Source: Hamiltosporidium tvaerminnensis FI-OER-3-3 (taxonomy: Eukaryota > Fungi > Microsporidia). From it: a DNA stretch of 64,000 bases. The translations under genes were made by a program, and so were the position numbers. A model generated the notes under the pieces. It saw nothing but the letters and a program-made list of their open reading frames with translations. It was not told where the DNA came from and did not search any database. The stretch lies in assembly GCA_022605425.2 (NCBI GenBank), contig CM061254.1, forward strand, positions 434,001-498,000, written 5' to 3'. This document shows, in pieces, positions 48,084 to 60,275 of the stretch; positions within the stretch are counted from its first letter, which is position 1, and the number at the start of each line of letters is the position of its first letter.

Positions 48084-50021
48084 ATGGAAGAGGAGGTGCA
48101 AATGGACGATTATGATATTTTACGAAAGAAGTTTAGAATAGCATGTCCTTATGAGTATAATGTGTACTTTGGTATAAATATAGATAAAGATATACCCAAC
48201 GAATTACAAACACGTTCTATAAATGAAGCTACACAGGATTTTAGACGTGTGTTGATCGATACTGGTATAATTTCATGTACTAAAATATTACGGAACCAAG
48301 TTAAAATTATTTTGTCTAATAAAATCAATGATGTACGAATCAATCCGTTATCTTTACTTAAAAAAGGATATCGGTATTTTTATAAGGTAAGTGTTCCTCT
48401 GTGTTTATATCTGTATAAAAAAGATATTGAAAATAAAATATCTGATGTAATGAGAGATACTCGCTGTGTAATACGACTTTGTATATCTGATACAGTTCAA
48501 ATTATTATCAATGGACCGGAAGAAGATTGTCTGAATTCAAGAGTTCGCATAATAGAATTCTTAGAATCACTGATGGGAAGAGAAAGTGTTGTAACAGAAG
48601 GATATTTTCCCATCAGTGAACTGGTAAATCTTGGATACCGAGTATTTTATTCGTCAAAAATAAATTCTAAGAAAGTTTTTATTAGCGGAAAGATTGAAGA
48701 TGTCAGAAATTTGAAACAAGTTGAAGATATAAGAAGAAGTTATATAAAGTCTAATTATATTCTGGATACCCTAAAACTAAACCATTTGATATATTATGAA
48801 AGAAATTTATTGGAAGATATACTTTGTTCGACAGATTGTTACTTAGAAATTGAAGACGGTTTTTTCGATGTCACAAATGTCTCTATTGTTGGATTTATAC
48901 CCGAAAAAATAGTAAAATGTCGAAAAAAAATCGAACGGGTATTTCATGGTATCGCAAAAGCCTTGATAGCTTGTTGTTCTGCTACGTTTGTTACACAAAA
49001 AATCTTTATCTTCGAAGATGTATCAAAAATATATACCAAAGAATCTACGAACAAAAGATTTCTTGCAGTTGGTTCCAAAAAAGATTTAAAAGATTTCTTA
49101 TCTGAAATAAATGCAGATTGTGAAATAGAAATTGAACTTGATCCTGATTTAGAAGAATTTATGTGTGGAAAAAAGAATGGAAAAATCAATAAAATTATCA
49201 AAGACACTGAATGTGAAATATTGATAAGAAGAAAATTTGAAGATGAAATACGAAAAATCGTTATATTTGTTTCTGGAAACTCTATAAATGCTACATTTGC
49301 TATAGAATCGTTAGAAAATGAATTCCCCGCTGAATTAGCCTTTTACTTAAATGAAAAACATCATAAAAGAATAATCGGATTTGGTGGTAAAAATATTCAA
49401 AGAATAATGAAAAAACACGGTGTTTATATAAAATTTATGAGTGAAAATGAACGGGCGTTACTAGGATTAAAAGGAAACGTAATTATTAAAACACCAAAGA
49501 AAAATTCAGCAAGTCTTGAAAAAATGAAAGAAGAGGTCCTGTATCTCGCTGATGAAAAGAAAATAGAAAATCTTTACACCAAAGTAAAAATGGATCTTTT
49601 TGATTTCTACGATTTTAGTTTCTACAAATACAAAATATTATTTGATCACGCATCTGTATACGGCAATTTTTCTAATAATGTTATTTACTATAAAAGTAAT
49701 ATCGATCAAATCAAAGCTTTAGCTAAAGAAAGAGCAGTTGTGATACGATTTAACAAAGGAGAACATTTGTTTATAAAGAGTCTTGATTATTTTCCTGGGG
49801 AACAGATAGACACTAAGGATTGGTATGACAGTCAAGGTGTTTTTTCTTTTAAAGCATTCAATAGTGTTCTTTTATATTCATACGAATCTCTGTTTCCCAC
49901 TGAGAAACAAGATACAGACGAAGAAATTAATTTTTCAGAAAGATTACCTAAACACGACAATATAGGAACCATTTTTTCGGTTGGATTTCAAAAAAATGAT
50001 AAAAACCAAAGAATGCCATGA
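48084..50021 (+). CDS. Multi-KH-domain RNA-binding protein (YLL032C/Mug60-like)
   Basis: EFMCGKKNGKINKI, LENEFPAEL.FYLNEKHHKRIIGFGGKNIQRIMKKHGVYIKF and NVIIKTPKKN are characteristic of this fungal KH family. Confidence 0.85.
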   Translation: MEEEVQMDDYDILRKKFRIACPYEYNVYFGINIDKDIPNELQTRSINEATQDFRRVLIDTGIISCTKILRNQVKIILSNKINDVRINPLSLLKKGYRYFYKVSVPLCLYLYKKDIENKISDVMRDTRCVIRLCISDTVQIIINGPEEDCLNSRVRIIEFLESLMGRESVVTEGYFPISELVNLGYRVFYSSKINSKKVFISGKIEDVRNLKQVEDIRRSYIKSNYILDTLKLNHLIYYERNLLEDILCSTDCYLEIEDGFFDVTNVSIVGFIPEKIVKCRKKIERVFHGIAKALIACCSATFVTQKIFIFEDVSKIYTKESTNKRFLAVGSKKDLKDFLSEINADCEIEIELDPDLEEFMCGKKNGKINKIIKDTECEILIRRKFEDEIRKIVIFVSGNSINATFAIESLENEFPAELAFYLNEKHHKRIIGFGGKNIQRIMKKHGVYIKFMSENERALLGLKGNVIIKTPKKNSASLEKMKEEVLYLADEKKIENLYTKVKMDLFDFYDFSFYKYKILFDHASVYGNFSNNVIYYKSNIDQIKALAKERAVVIRFNKGEHLFIKSLDYFPGEQIDTKDWYDSQGVFSFKAFNSVLLYSYESLFPTEKQDTDEEINFSERLPKHDNIGTIFSVGFQKNDKNQRMP

Positions 50022-50819
50022 TAATTGTACATTAAAAACAAAAAACAAAACAAATATTTTAAATTATTTATTTTCTTACTATTTTTTATATTGATTGCTA
50101 AATATTATCCAATATCCTAAATTTTTATATTCTTAAGTAATTTTAAAAATTTTGATGAGAGATATTAACTTGTTGTGTTCAATAAAACCAGCCTTATATT
50201 GAATTATGTGCTTTACTATTCTTATAAAATAGATTCATGTCTCTCTTTATCCCATTCTTTAAAACCGAAATTTTTAAATAAACTTTATTTCTAATATGTA
50301 GTGTTTCCCTACATTTAATTTTTTTTATCAGAATTTGTAATTAATTATAAGGCATTTGGTTAACCAAATGTCTATTTAGGTAAATTCTGGCTGTATAAAT
50401 AAAAAAATATCTTTTTAGTGGGTTTTATGCGATATTAAAAACTCCTAAAAAATAAACGACTTATATTGTATCTACATTTAAATAAATCTAAAAAATATTT
50501 TATAATTTTTATATCAACTTATAAAAAACATTTAATTTGTTTATATTACTTACACTCGGACTATTTACATGATTTATTATTTTGTTTCATTATATTTTTT
50601 TAGACTTCTTTATTATTTAATTTCTTCTTTAGTACATTCCCAAAGTTAGTCATCAGTGATCTGATATTCATAGTTTTGCTTAATATTCCTATATATTAGA
50701 CTTTACATTGAAATACTATTAATACTACATAAATAAAGAAAACATACGGTTTTAACATCTATATTATCCACAAACGGGAAAATCATAGGATAGAAATAAA
50801 GATCTTATGAGGAATTTAT

Positions 50820-51900
50820 TTTTAAAATCGCGTTGTAAATAGTTTCACTCTTTGAAGTATTTTCTTTAACCTCATATCCGATTTTAAATTCTAGTTTTAA
50901 ATTAGAATTTTTCGTTTATAATTATTGTCTCTTGCTTTATTATGATTTTGACCTCCAAAACAAGGAATATGTTTTTACATTTAAAGTATAATATTCCTCT
51001 TAACTTGCTTGAATTTAAGATGGTATTGTTCTTCGTGCATTTCGGCTGTTTTAATCACACAATTGAAGCTCTTAGCAACTATCGTGTGCATTTCATGCCA
51101 CTCAGGTCCTATTAATTGATTAGATGAAATCGGTAGCTGTCTTCTTGAGCACAATCGACTGAATATATGGCTCTATATTTCCGAGTATTTGCCGACTTTT
51201 GGGGTATTTCTTGTGGATTTTGTCATGACACATTTTATGTTATCCATAGGAGATTATATCAAGATTATACTTATAAGTAAAGCCAAAATTCTTTGCTGAG
51301 GAGTCATGTTTTCTGGATTTTTCAGATTAGACTATTTGAAGAGAATTTTGAAAATAATTCCTACTTTAATGGAACCAAATTTGTTTTTAAAGTGTTATAA
51401 AATAAATATATCGACTCTATAGTCCGAATTTTGGCTTCGGTTTTTATTCTGTTGCCTGATTTTCTTTATGGATACTCATTTTTTAAAAAATTGAACTAAG
51501 TGACTTTTAATTCGTTTCTTAAGGTTAAATTTGTAACTTTTTATGTGAAATAAGTTTACGCATCTAACCAATTCATTATGCCGTCTGGTGTAGTCATGCC
51601 AGAAATTTTTTTCACATGGAGTTGCTAGATGTCCCATTTTTTCAACTGAAATTTTGCTTTGTACACATAACTTCTGCTTCTCAAAATAAACTTCTATCCT
51701 GAATATAGCCGAACTGTCTAATATTAGACCCTATTTTTCTTTTCTTTAGCCATCTTGAAAAGTCACTTAAATTACACAACTTATGTATCCTATTTTATTA
51801 CCTAACTTTGAATGGGTTTTTCGTTTTTCTATTTTATTATATAATTTTGCAAGTTGAGCATTTTCTAAGCCCTTTTGGGGCTTCTTCTAATATATCTATA
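50820..51900 (-). mobile_element. Older degenerate 3' fragment of the same RLE-type retrotransposon
   Basis: Minus strand gives HLATPCEK..GMTTPDG/RHNE region, KRIKSH, IEPYIQSIVLKKT and AEMHEE, colinear with 54287-55311. Many frameshifts. Boundaries approximate. Confidence 0.8.
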
Positions 51901-52029
51901 AATTTTCAAATCTGAAAATCTAAGTATATCAACCATATCCCTGAACACCAAATATTATAAAATAAAATAAATGCAAGAAAAAAATTTAAAAAAATATTTT
52001 ATTTCAATAAAAAACATAGAAAAATATAT

Positions 52030-53736
52030 TTAACACGATTTACGAACTTTTCTTTTCATAAAATAAAAAGACACGAGTATATTGATAAGATACAAAGCAA
52101 AAAGCATAAAAATACTTTCCATTTTACTTAGAAAATCAGTACAAAGTCTTTTTATATTTACATCTTCAATTTTACCAGCATCAAAAGAATTTTTGACCAA
52201 AATATTAAACGTGTGTCGAGTTGGCGAAATATATTGTAAAATTTTAAAAATAAAGAAAATATTGTCTGGATCTACCAACATTCCATTGAGAAGAGAAAGT
52301 GGTAGCATTGCTGATGGCAATATGGCAGATGCTATATTTAAAGTCGATGAAATCGAGGCTGTCAAAATACCAACTGATTGACCAACCAACGAAGTAAAAA
52401 TTGAGGCAGTCATCAGAAAAACATACATTACAAATGAATATTCAATTTTTATAAGAAACCAAAGCAAAGGAACCATAACCAACGGATGAGAAACTGCTAT
52501 CAAAGTATTTGCCAGTATTTTAGCTTCAAAATATGAAGAAAAACAAAAATACCCCGATTGATATTCCCTAACTAAATTATCGTAATCAACAAAAAACAGC
52601 TGTAAAGAAGTAAAAGAAGCCGTAAAAAATAAATTTATGGCCAGGAAATACAAAACACCACACGTGTTTTTAATCTGTGTGTTTATATCTTTTCCACCAA
52701 TATTATAAAATATAGAACCAACTATAATAACAGTAAATAAAGATTGGGCAATCTTTACAATTCCTAATAATTTATTTCGATACAAATAAACCATTTCTCT
52801 TATAAAAAGCATTTTAAATTCTCTCAACGGTTCTCTTCTTTCACTTTTGAATTTAATTTTTTTTGAAAAATTTTTATTTTCAATTTTTTCTGTAATTTGC
52901 CGTACAGAAATTATTTCTACATTTTTTTCTGTTTTTTGTGCATTGTTTGGTATTTCAGAATTATTTTCAACCGAAAAAGCGGGTAAAAAAGTTGTAAAAA
53001 GAAAATCTGCTGGATTTGTATATGCAGGACACGGAAATCCTTGATTTTCCATAAAACTTACAAGATTTTTTACTTCTCCGTAATAAACAACCATTCCATC
53101 TTTCAAAACAAGTAAATCATCAAAAGAATAAAAAATATCAGAAGAAGGCTGATGAATCGATGCCACAACAGTTTTTTTACACGAAAGATCTCTTAAAACA
53201 CCCATCAATTTAGAAGCAGTAAGACAATCTAATCCACTGGTAGGTTCATCCAAAAAAATAATCTCGGGATCTCTAATTAATTCCATCGCAATCGATAGCC
53301 TTTTTCGTTCCCCCCCTGAAATACCCCCCTTCATCGGTGTCCCAATAAGTTGATCTTTAATTTTATAAAGACCAAGACAACTCAAATGCTCATCCACATC
53401 ACATCTTCTCCCTTGTATCTCACACGCAAACTTCACACTCTCTTTTACTGTACTATAGGTCTGTAACACATCATCCTGGTGCACAAATGCAGTCACCCCA
53501 CATAAAATTTTTTTATCTGCTACCACCCCATCCAAATATACACATCCATCATATTTTTTATTAAATCTACCACTCAATATTTTTAAAAGTGTCGTTTTTC
53601 CACACCCACTAGATCCCATAATAGCTGTCATTCTATTTGCACATAATTTCCCCGTAATACTCTTCAAGATATTTTTATCTTTTATTTTTGTCAAAATATT
53701 TTCAAAATGTATATCGCCAGTACAATTATAATTCAT
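52030..53736 (-). CDS. ABCG (White-family) half transporter
   Basis: Walker A GSSGCGKTT, Q-loop FVHQDD, signature ISGGERKRLSIA, Walker B/D-loop FLDEPTSGLD, SIHQP, NPADF, and a C-terminal ABC2 membrane domain. Start context tatcccATG. Confidence 0.96.
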   Translation of the reverse strand: MNYNCTGDIHFENILTKIKDKNILKSITGKLCANRMTAIMGSSGCGKTTLLKILSGRFNKKYDGCVYLDGVVADKKILCGVTAFVHQDDVLQTYSTVKESVKFACEIQGRRCDVDEHLSCLGLYKIKDQLIGTPMKGGISGGERKRLSIAMELIRDPEIIFLDEPTSGLDCLTASKLMGVLRDLSCKKTVVASIHQPSSDIFYSFDDLLVLKDGMVVYYGEVKNLVSFMENQGFPCPAYTNPADFLFTTFLPAFSVENNSEIPNNAQKTEKNVEIISVRQITEKIENKNFSKKIKFKSERREPLREFKMLFIREMVYLYRNKLLGIVKIAQSLFTVIIVGSIFYNIGGKDINTQIKNTCGVLYFLAINLFFTASFTSLQLFFVDYDNLVREYQSGYFCFSSYFEAKILANTLIAVSHPLVMVPLLWFLIKIEYSFVMYVFLMTASIFTSLVGQSVGILTASISSTLNIASAILPSAMLPLSLLNGMLVDPDNIFFIFKILQYISPTRHTFNILVKNSFDAGKIEDVNIKRLCTDFLSKMESIFMLFALYLINILVSFYFMKRKVRKSC

Positions 53737-53787
53737 GGGATATTCTTTATTGTTTTAGTAATAAATTAATATAAACAATAATTATGT

Positions 53788-53923
53788 AAATAAAATCGTA
53801 GTTTTTATAAAATATTAAGTTTTGACTATTAAGTTATAAATTTTTAGTTTTAAAATCATATTTTTAATAAAATCGTAGTTGTTATAAAATATTACGTTTT
53901 GACTATTAAGTTATAAATTTTTA
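53788..53923. repeat. 77-bp-period duplication in the ABCG upstream region
   Basis: AATAAAATCGTAGTT..TATAAAATATTA.GTTTTGACTATTAAGTTATAAATTTTTA occurs twice (CGTAG at 53797 and 53874). Confidence 0.88.
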
Positions 53924-54286
53924 TTTAAATGGTTATAAAATATTTTCAATAAATAAAGAATTTAAAATTTTATTTCTTACTTCATATTTTATAACCAGTT
54001 AAATAATAGGAGAATAAAAGAATGAGATATTTTGTTTTTTTAATTACCAATAGAAATAGAATTGAATTCAGTATTCAGTATTTTAAAAATTTCTTTAATT
54101 TAAATTACTTTTTATTTTGTTTTTCTAATATTTTATTTGTAATTAAGGAGAAATATTTAGAATATTCTTTGTTCAAATAGATTATTGTGTATGACATTTG
54201 ATTTAAAATTTTTATTAAATTGTAAAGTTTCGAAATATTTAATTAGGAGGATGTAAAAATATTTAGGAAGATAAAACGCGGGATAA

Positions 54287-55311
54287 TATTCGTCTGAATT
54301 AATTTAAAGAAATTCTGGGTTTAAATATTTTTACCATTTTTATATGTTTTCTTCTACCTCTTTAACCACTTTTGTCTATTCTTCCAAATCCGACTCTTTA
54401 TTTATGTTATTGGTCGGTTCCTCTAAATGGTTCCTCCTTGTGAAATAAAGGGTGCTTTATTTTTCGCTTAGAAAATTTTTTGCACCATCTTCCTCTCTCT
54501 TTTCGCTTCTTTTAAAGGGGGTGTTGGTTCCTCATGCATCTCTGCTCTCATAATAACACCCATTGACGCTCTCTCCGAGCTCTCTTCGGCATTTAGTCCT
54601 GACTCAAGTCCTCTTCGTCGATCAAAGGAAATTGTTTCGACTGTCTTCTTAAGTACTATAGACTGAATGTATGCCTCTACATTCTTGGGTATTTCTAGTC
54701 TTTTAAGATGAGATTTATGGTATTTTGTCACAGTACCGTCCCAGGTCATCACATAAGGGATTATCTCAACACTACCCTTATAAATAAGACCCAACTCATT
54801 GGCTAACAGGTCATACTTCCTAAGTTTTTCAGTTTCAACTATTTGAAGTGAATCTTGGGAAGTGATTCCTACTTCAATGAGTGTAATCTTATTCTTCTTC
54901 TTATCTAAAATAAATATGTCGGGCCTGTTATTCCGAATTTTAAGACAGTTTTTATTCTGGTGTCCACTCTTATCTCTGCATACTAATTATCAAGAATTTC
55001 TTGAACTGTGTGACTCCTAATTCGTTTTGAAGACTTAAACTTATATCTATTTAAGAGAAGTAAGTGTCTGCATCTAACCACTTCATTATGCCGTCTGGTG
55101 TAGTCATGACCTAGCATTTTTTCACATTGAGTTGCTAGATGATCTACCGTCTTACCAAATTTATTACAGTGTTGGCACATACCATCTGATCCCCATAATA
55201 AATTTCTATCCTGGATATAGGAAAACACAGCTTCGTTTCGTGCCCTATTATTTCCTCTTTTTAACCATCTTGAAGAGTCACTAAGACTTACAAGCTCATT
55301 TTTCCTTGCAT
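54287..55311 (-). mobile_element. 5'-truncated RLE-type (R4/Dong-like) non-LTR retrotransposon with 13-bp TSD
   Basis: CCHC knuckle CQHC....TVDHLATQC, RRHNEVV, NRPDIF and IEVGITS restriction-like endonuclease motifs. Interrupted by a TAG at 54983-54985 and a frameshift. Direct repeat AAACGCGGGATAA at 54274-54286 and 55312-55324. Confidence 0.92.
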
Positions 55312-58039
55312 AAACGCGGGATAAGAAATATATATTTAAGAATTAGAAAGATGAAAATGAAATATTTATTTAAAAATGTAAAAAGAGAAATATTTATTTA
55401 AAAATATAAAAAGAGAAATATTTATTAACGAAATATAGAGAAATCGGAAAATATATTTTATAAAGAAAAAAATAAATGGCATAATGACTTAACTATGAAA
55501 AGAAAAGACAATAAAAGAATCGATGTAAGTAAACAGAGCAACAATAATGAAATATTTATAAAAATATATACAAAAATTAAATTTTTACTTTTATGAAAAT
55601 AAAAGCCAATTATCAAACTCTAGAATATAAAAATATTTTTTATTAGATTAATTAAAAAAAGTAAAAATAATTTATTTTATTTATTATTCCTATCAGAAAA
55701 AATATTAATTTGACTCTAAATAACGTGATTAAAATATGTTTTTTTATTAGATAAATTTTTTATATTTTGCGATGTATTTTTATTTTTCATTAAGGTTTAA
55801 ATCAAGTGATTTAATTGATAAATTAAAAAATTTTCTTAAATTTAAAATTTAGATTAAATTTTTATGTGTTTTTCCATGTTTAAATTTCTTATCTTTTTAA
55901 ACTAATTTTAGTATCCTTTTATACAAAATATTTTAAGTATTTCACTTAAAAAATATATTCTGTTATTTTTTTAAAAATAGAATATTTAATGAGTTAATAT
56001 GGTAAATAATAAATTTAATTGATAAATTATATGTTAAAGTTTATAATTTACTGATGGTTTATTATATTATAGTTTATTTAAAGATAGAAGGATAAAAAAG
56101 TCATTTTTGTCTTATTGTGTTCGTAATATGTAAAAATGTAATATTCATATAAATATATTGTAATATTTTGGCCTTTTTTTAGTATTTATTTATGTGTTAT
56201 TAATTATGTTATTAACTAAATTAAAAATTTATTAATTAATTTAAATAAATATTTGCTGTAATGAGAATATACCTAAAAATGATAAATTGAAATTTTGTTT
56301 AAGTTGTTATAAATCATCTTATAAAAATATTGATTTCTTAATAAATGTCTCTGATTATTATATTTTTTTATTAATTGAAAATAGTAAGAAAAAATTGTGA
56401 TAGAATTTTAGATTATTTAATCTATTAGATCAGGAATGTATAAACTACTTTTGCCGCTATTTTTTTAAAGTAGTTAGTTCTTTTATACTAAGAAAATGAA
56501 TTAAAAAATGTAAATAATGTACAACTAAATTACACTTCTAATGATTTTTATTATTAATTTGTAATACAATGAAAATATATTTGCCTTTCCAAGGTTTTTT
56601 TTATATACTAAACAAAATTCTTTATTATTTTATTCTAGGAATTCAAAACGAAATAACAAAAAATATGATGTAATACTTATCCTTAATTGGTATGGATGAG
56701 GTGAGATTAGTTACTATTAATTTGTTAAAGTTGTGATTTAATCTTAATAGTTAGATTATAAATGGGGATTCCTAGGAATTATTCGTTAATTGCGATCTTT
56801 GAATATTTTTTATATTTCATTTTAGGGAAACTTTGTTCCTATTGATAGCTCCAAAGAATGAAATAAACACACGGGAAGGTCATCGAACGAGATTTTATTA
56901 TGTGACTGTGAGACTCTTATTAAATTTAGCAATACATTTGAATTTTATTCTTTATAATATTGTTAAGATATATTTTTATTTTTTTGACTCTCCTATCAAA
57001 CTTTGAACATTTGATTCAAAACTACTTATTTCTTCACTGCAATACACTAGGGCCCTTGAAAAGCTCGAGCCTATTCAACTAACGATCCTTCTTTTTCTAT
57101 AATTCAAAAATATTAATTATTAATGAAATACTTTTTAATATATTGGTATAAAGCCTATTATCTTTGTTTCTCGATACATTTTATAGAAATTAATGTGGCC
57201 CGCGAGTTTAAAAGTTTGAAGATCTTCGTATTTGATAATATATAAAGTTCTTTTATTCTTAATATGGTTATTGCTATTGAGTATAAGTTTTATTTTTATC
57301 GAATTTTATAATAATATAGTTTAATGTAAATTAATGTTTTTAGAAAAGTTGCTTTATAGAAATCTTTTTTGAAATCGTAAAAAAATTACTTAATATTAAG
57401 CAAAATCGAAAAAAGTCGTTATTTATGTTCAAGATTTAATGTGTAAATTTTTTAAGTGAATTTATATATTAAATATAGTAAGTCTTATATTATTACAGGT
57501 GCAATAATAAACAATAAATCTTTTCGTGTATTAAAGATGTGCTTTTAAGTATTTTATATTTATAATATGGTATTTTATTTCATATTTAACGAAGATATAC
57601 TTTGTATTCTAATATGATTTGATATGACTCTTTTCTAAAAGTATTTTTGATTTAAAAACCAGGTCTTGAAAAATTGTGTAATTTGATATTTTAAAGACCC
57701 GCGTTATATATTCATTTGAGAAAATGGCATACAGTATATTCAAATTTTCACAACTTAAGTAATTAGTTTTTGTGAAACATAATTACCAAGGATTTTTAAA
57801 TTACTTAAAACAATTCCATTTTTCTATAATTTAAGCTAAGCTCGTTCTATAAAAAAAATATTTCAATTATGGCAAACCTCGACTTCGCATTCTAATTATA
57901 AATTATGGTTATTATGCTATCAGCAATAATTTTTTAGTTCTAATCTATTTTTTTCTCAATCGTGATTTCCTTTGTGTTCAGAAATACACATATCTATGAT
58001 TTATACATAAAAAATTATAACTATATTTTGTTTTATATC

Positions 58040-58478
58040 CGCCTGGGAGAATAAAACTGAAAAACCATTAAAAGCCGGGAGAGCTAAGTAGCAGGTTATA
58101 CCTGTTGGTATGACATTGCACTGTCTAGGTGGACCCCATGTAAATCTCTGAAATATATCTTAGCTAGAAGTTTATTGGGTTCAGAAAGTGTAGAGTAAGT
58201 GGGAATGCTGCATAGTCTTGGGGGAGCCCAGGGGGGCTTCGACCTTCGATCACCTCCAATCTAACGGACATTAACGAACTCCGGGCAACTGCCTCGCCTA
58301 GTAATTAGGTTCTACACACCTGGTAGATGAAAGGCTTTGGGACGTAGGTATCGCAGGGGTTACCGATGGAGTGTTGGGGTAGCCGTCATTTATGTTAAAC
58401 CTAGAACTGCGTTAATGTCATGAAAACAAATATAACACTTGCTTCTATTTTAAAAAGATGTGATACTTTTAAATAAAG
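58040..58478 (+). mobile_element. SINE-like element, copy 3 (5'-truncated, opposite orientation)
   Basis: Matches the 3' ~440 nt of the element. 16-bp direct repeat TATTTTGTTTTATATC (58024-58039 / 58479-58494). Confidence 0.92.
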
Positions 58479-59484
58479 TATTTTGTTTTATATCTATAAG
58501 TCTAAGCTTGTATTTTACATCTAGGAACTTGTTATAAATTAAAAATGGTATTTATTCTTTTTTGTATTTGAATATTTTTATTTCGGTAAAGAATACCCTG
58601 AGTTGAAAAATATTTTTTTTCTCTTCGTTTATGACAAAAGAGAAATATTCTTAACTGGTGAAATTGGGATTAATTCTTTTATATCTGAATTTGTTTATTC
58701 TGATTTTTTTTAATTATTCGGCTGATTGATCTAATTTGGTGGTCTACGTTGAAAAAACAGAGTTCTTTTAAGTGATAAAGTATAATTGGATTAATATATT
58801 AGTCTAATCTATGAAATAATTTTAAGATCCTTGAATTAACACCTTCTTGTTTTTCAGTATCATGTAAAATATATATTGGCATATTAAAATATGCTAAGCA
58901 TTGTGATTTTTATACTCTTTTATTCGTATTTTCTTTATATTTCTAAACAATTTGATTTAATAACAGTTTATTTATGTTAGTTGAATTTCTTTTCATATAT
59001 TTTTTATCTTATATTTGTAAAAAGTATATTTTCTTCTTTCAATTGAATTAAGAATCGATCTATAATAGTAAACGACTTAATATTCCATAAAATATGATTT
59101 AAATTTAAAAACTAGTTCTCATCTATAACTTTTGTAAAACATTTAATATAAATTATACTCGGCTACTTTATATAAAAAATAAATAAAATATGGCTGTAGT
59201 TCTTAACCGAGGATACCTGGAGGCATTTTTTAGGGACTCACCAGTCCCCTTCAAAAGCTCAAGCTCATACAGAAATTATGATTATATGTTTCATTCAACA
59301 AAATACAAATAGGCTAGGACTAAGAAAAAATAAAAAATATTAATATTGAATAGTTCGTCGCTATGTGCCGTAATGTTCTGGAAGGCAGCTAAGTTTGAAG
59401 TACGGCTCTAAAAGGAAATCATATTCCTGCTCACTATCTTTTATTGTTTAATGTGTAATGGTTATTAGAACTAATTTGGAATAA

Positions 59485-60211
59485 CTTTATTTAAAAGCAT
59501 CACATCTTTTTAAAATAGAAGCAAGTGTTATATTTTTTTTCATGACATTAACGCAGTTCTAGGTTTAAAATAAATGACTGCTGCCCCAACACTCCATCGG
59601 TAACCCCTACGATACCTACGTCCCAAAGCCTTTCATCTAATAGGTGTGTAGAACCTAATTAATAGGCGAGGCAGTTGCCCGGAGTCGTTAATGTCCGTTG
59701 CATGGAGTGTGATCGAAGGCCGAAGCCCCCCCTAGGCTCCCCCAAGACTATGCAGCATTCGCATTTCCTCTACACTTTCTGAACCAAATGAACTTTTAGC
59801 AAAGATCTATTTCAGAGACTTAAATAGGGTCCACCTAGACAGTGCAATGTCATACTAACAGGTATAACCAGTATCTTATCTTTCCCGGCTTCAAAGGGTT
59901 TTTATTTTTAAAACACCAGGCGCTAAGTCTTCTAACCCGAGTGAGCAAGGCTAGGTTTCCATGCTTTTACATGGCAATTACCCACATGTTCAGCTGCGGT
60001 CTGCAATCTGGTTGCATAAAAAACTACAAATAAATTTGTAGAAAAAGTTTCTCCATTTCAAAGACCTCTCCTCCTCATAACAACTCCCATGGAACAACCG
60101 AAGATGTAGTGTGGTTTTATTCCCACCAAAAATCCAAACAATGACCTCACACCAGTTTCACACACTCGTTGCCAAGCAGAAAGTTTTTTATGTGGTTATC
60201 CTTCCTCCTCC
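59485..60211 (-). mobile_element. SINE-like element, copy 4 (full length, no visible TSD)
   Basis: End-to-end homology with copies 1 and 2. Its 5' end lies ~65 bp upstream of the Cdt1 ATG. Confidence 0.9.
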
Positions 60212-60275
60212 TTTTAAATGCACTTAAAAAAATTACACTTTAATATTTTTTGTTCTTTGATTTGATGCCCTTCCA

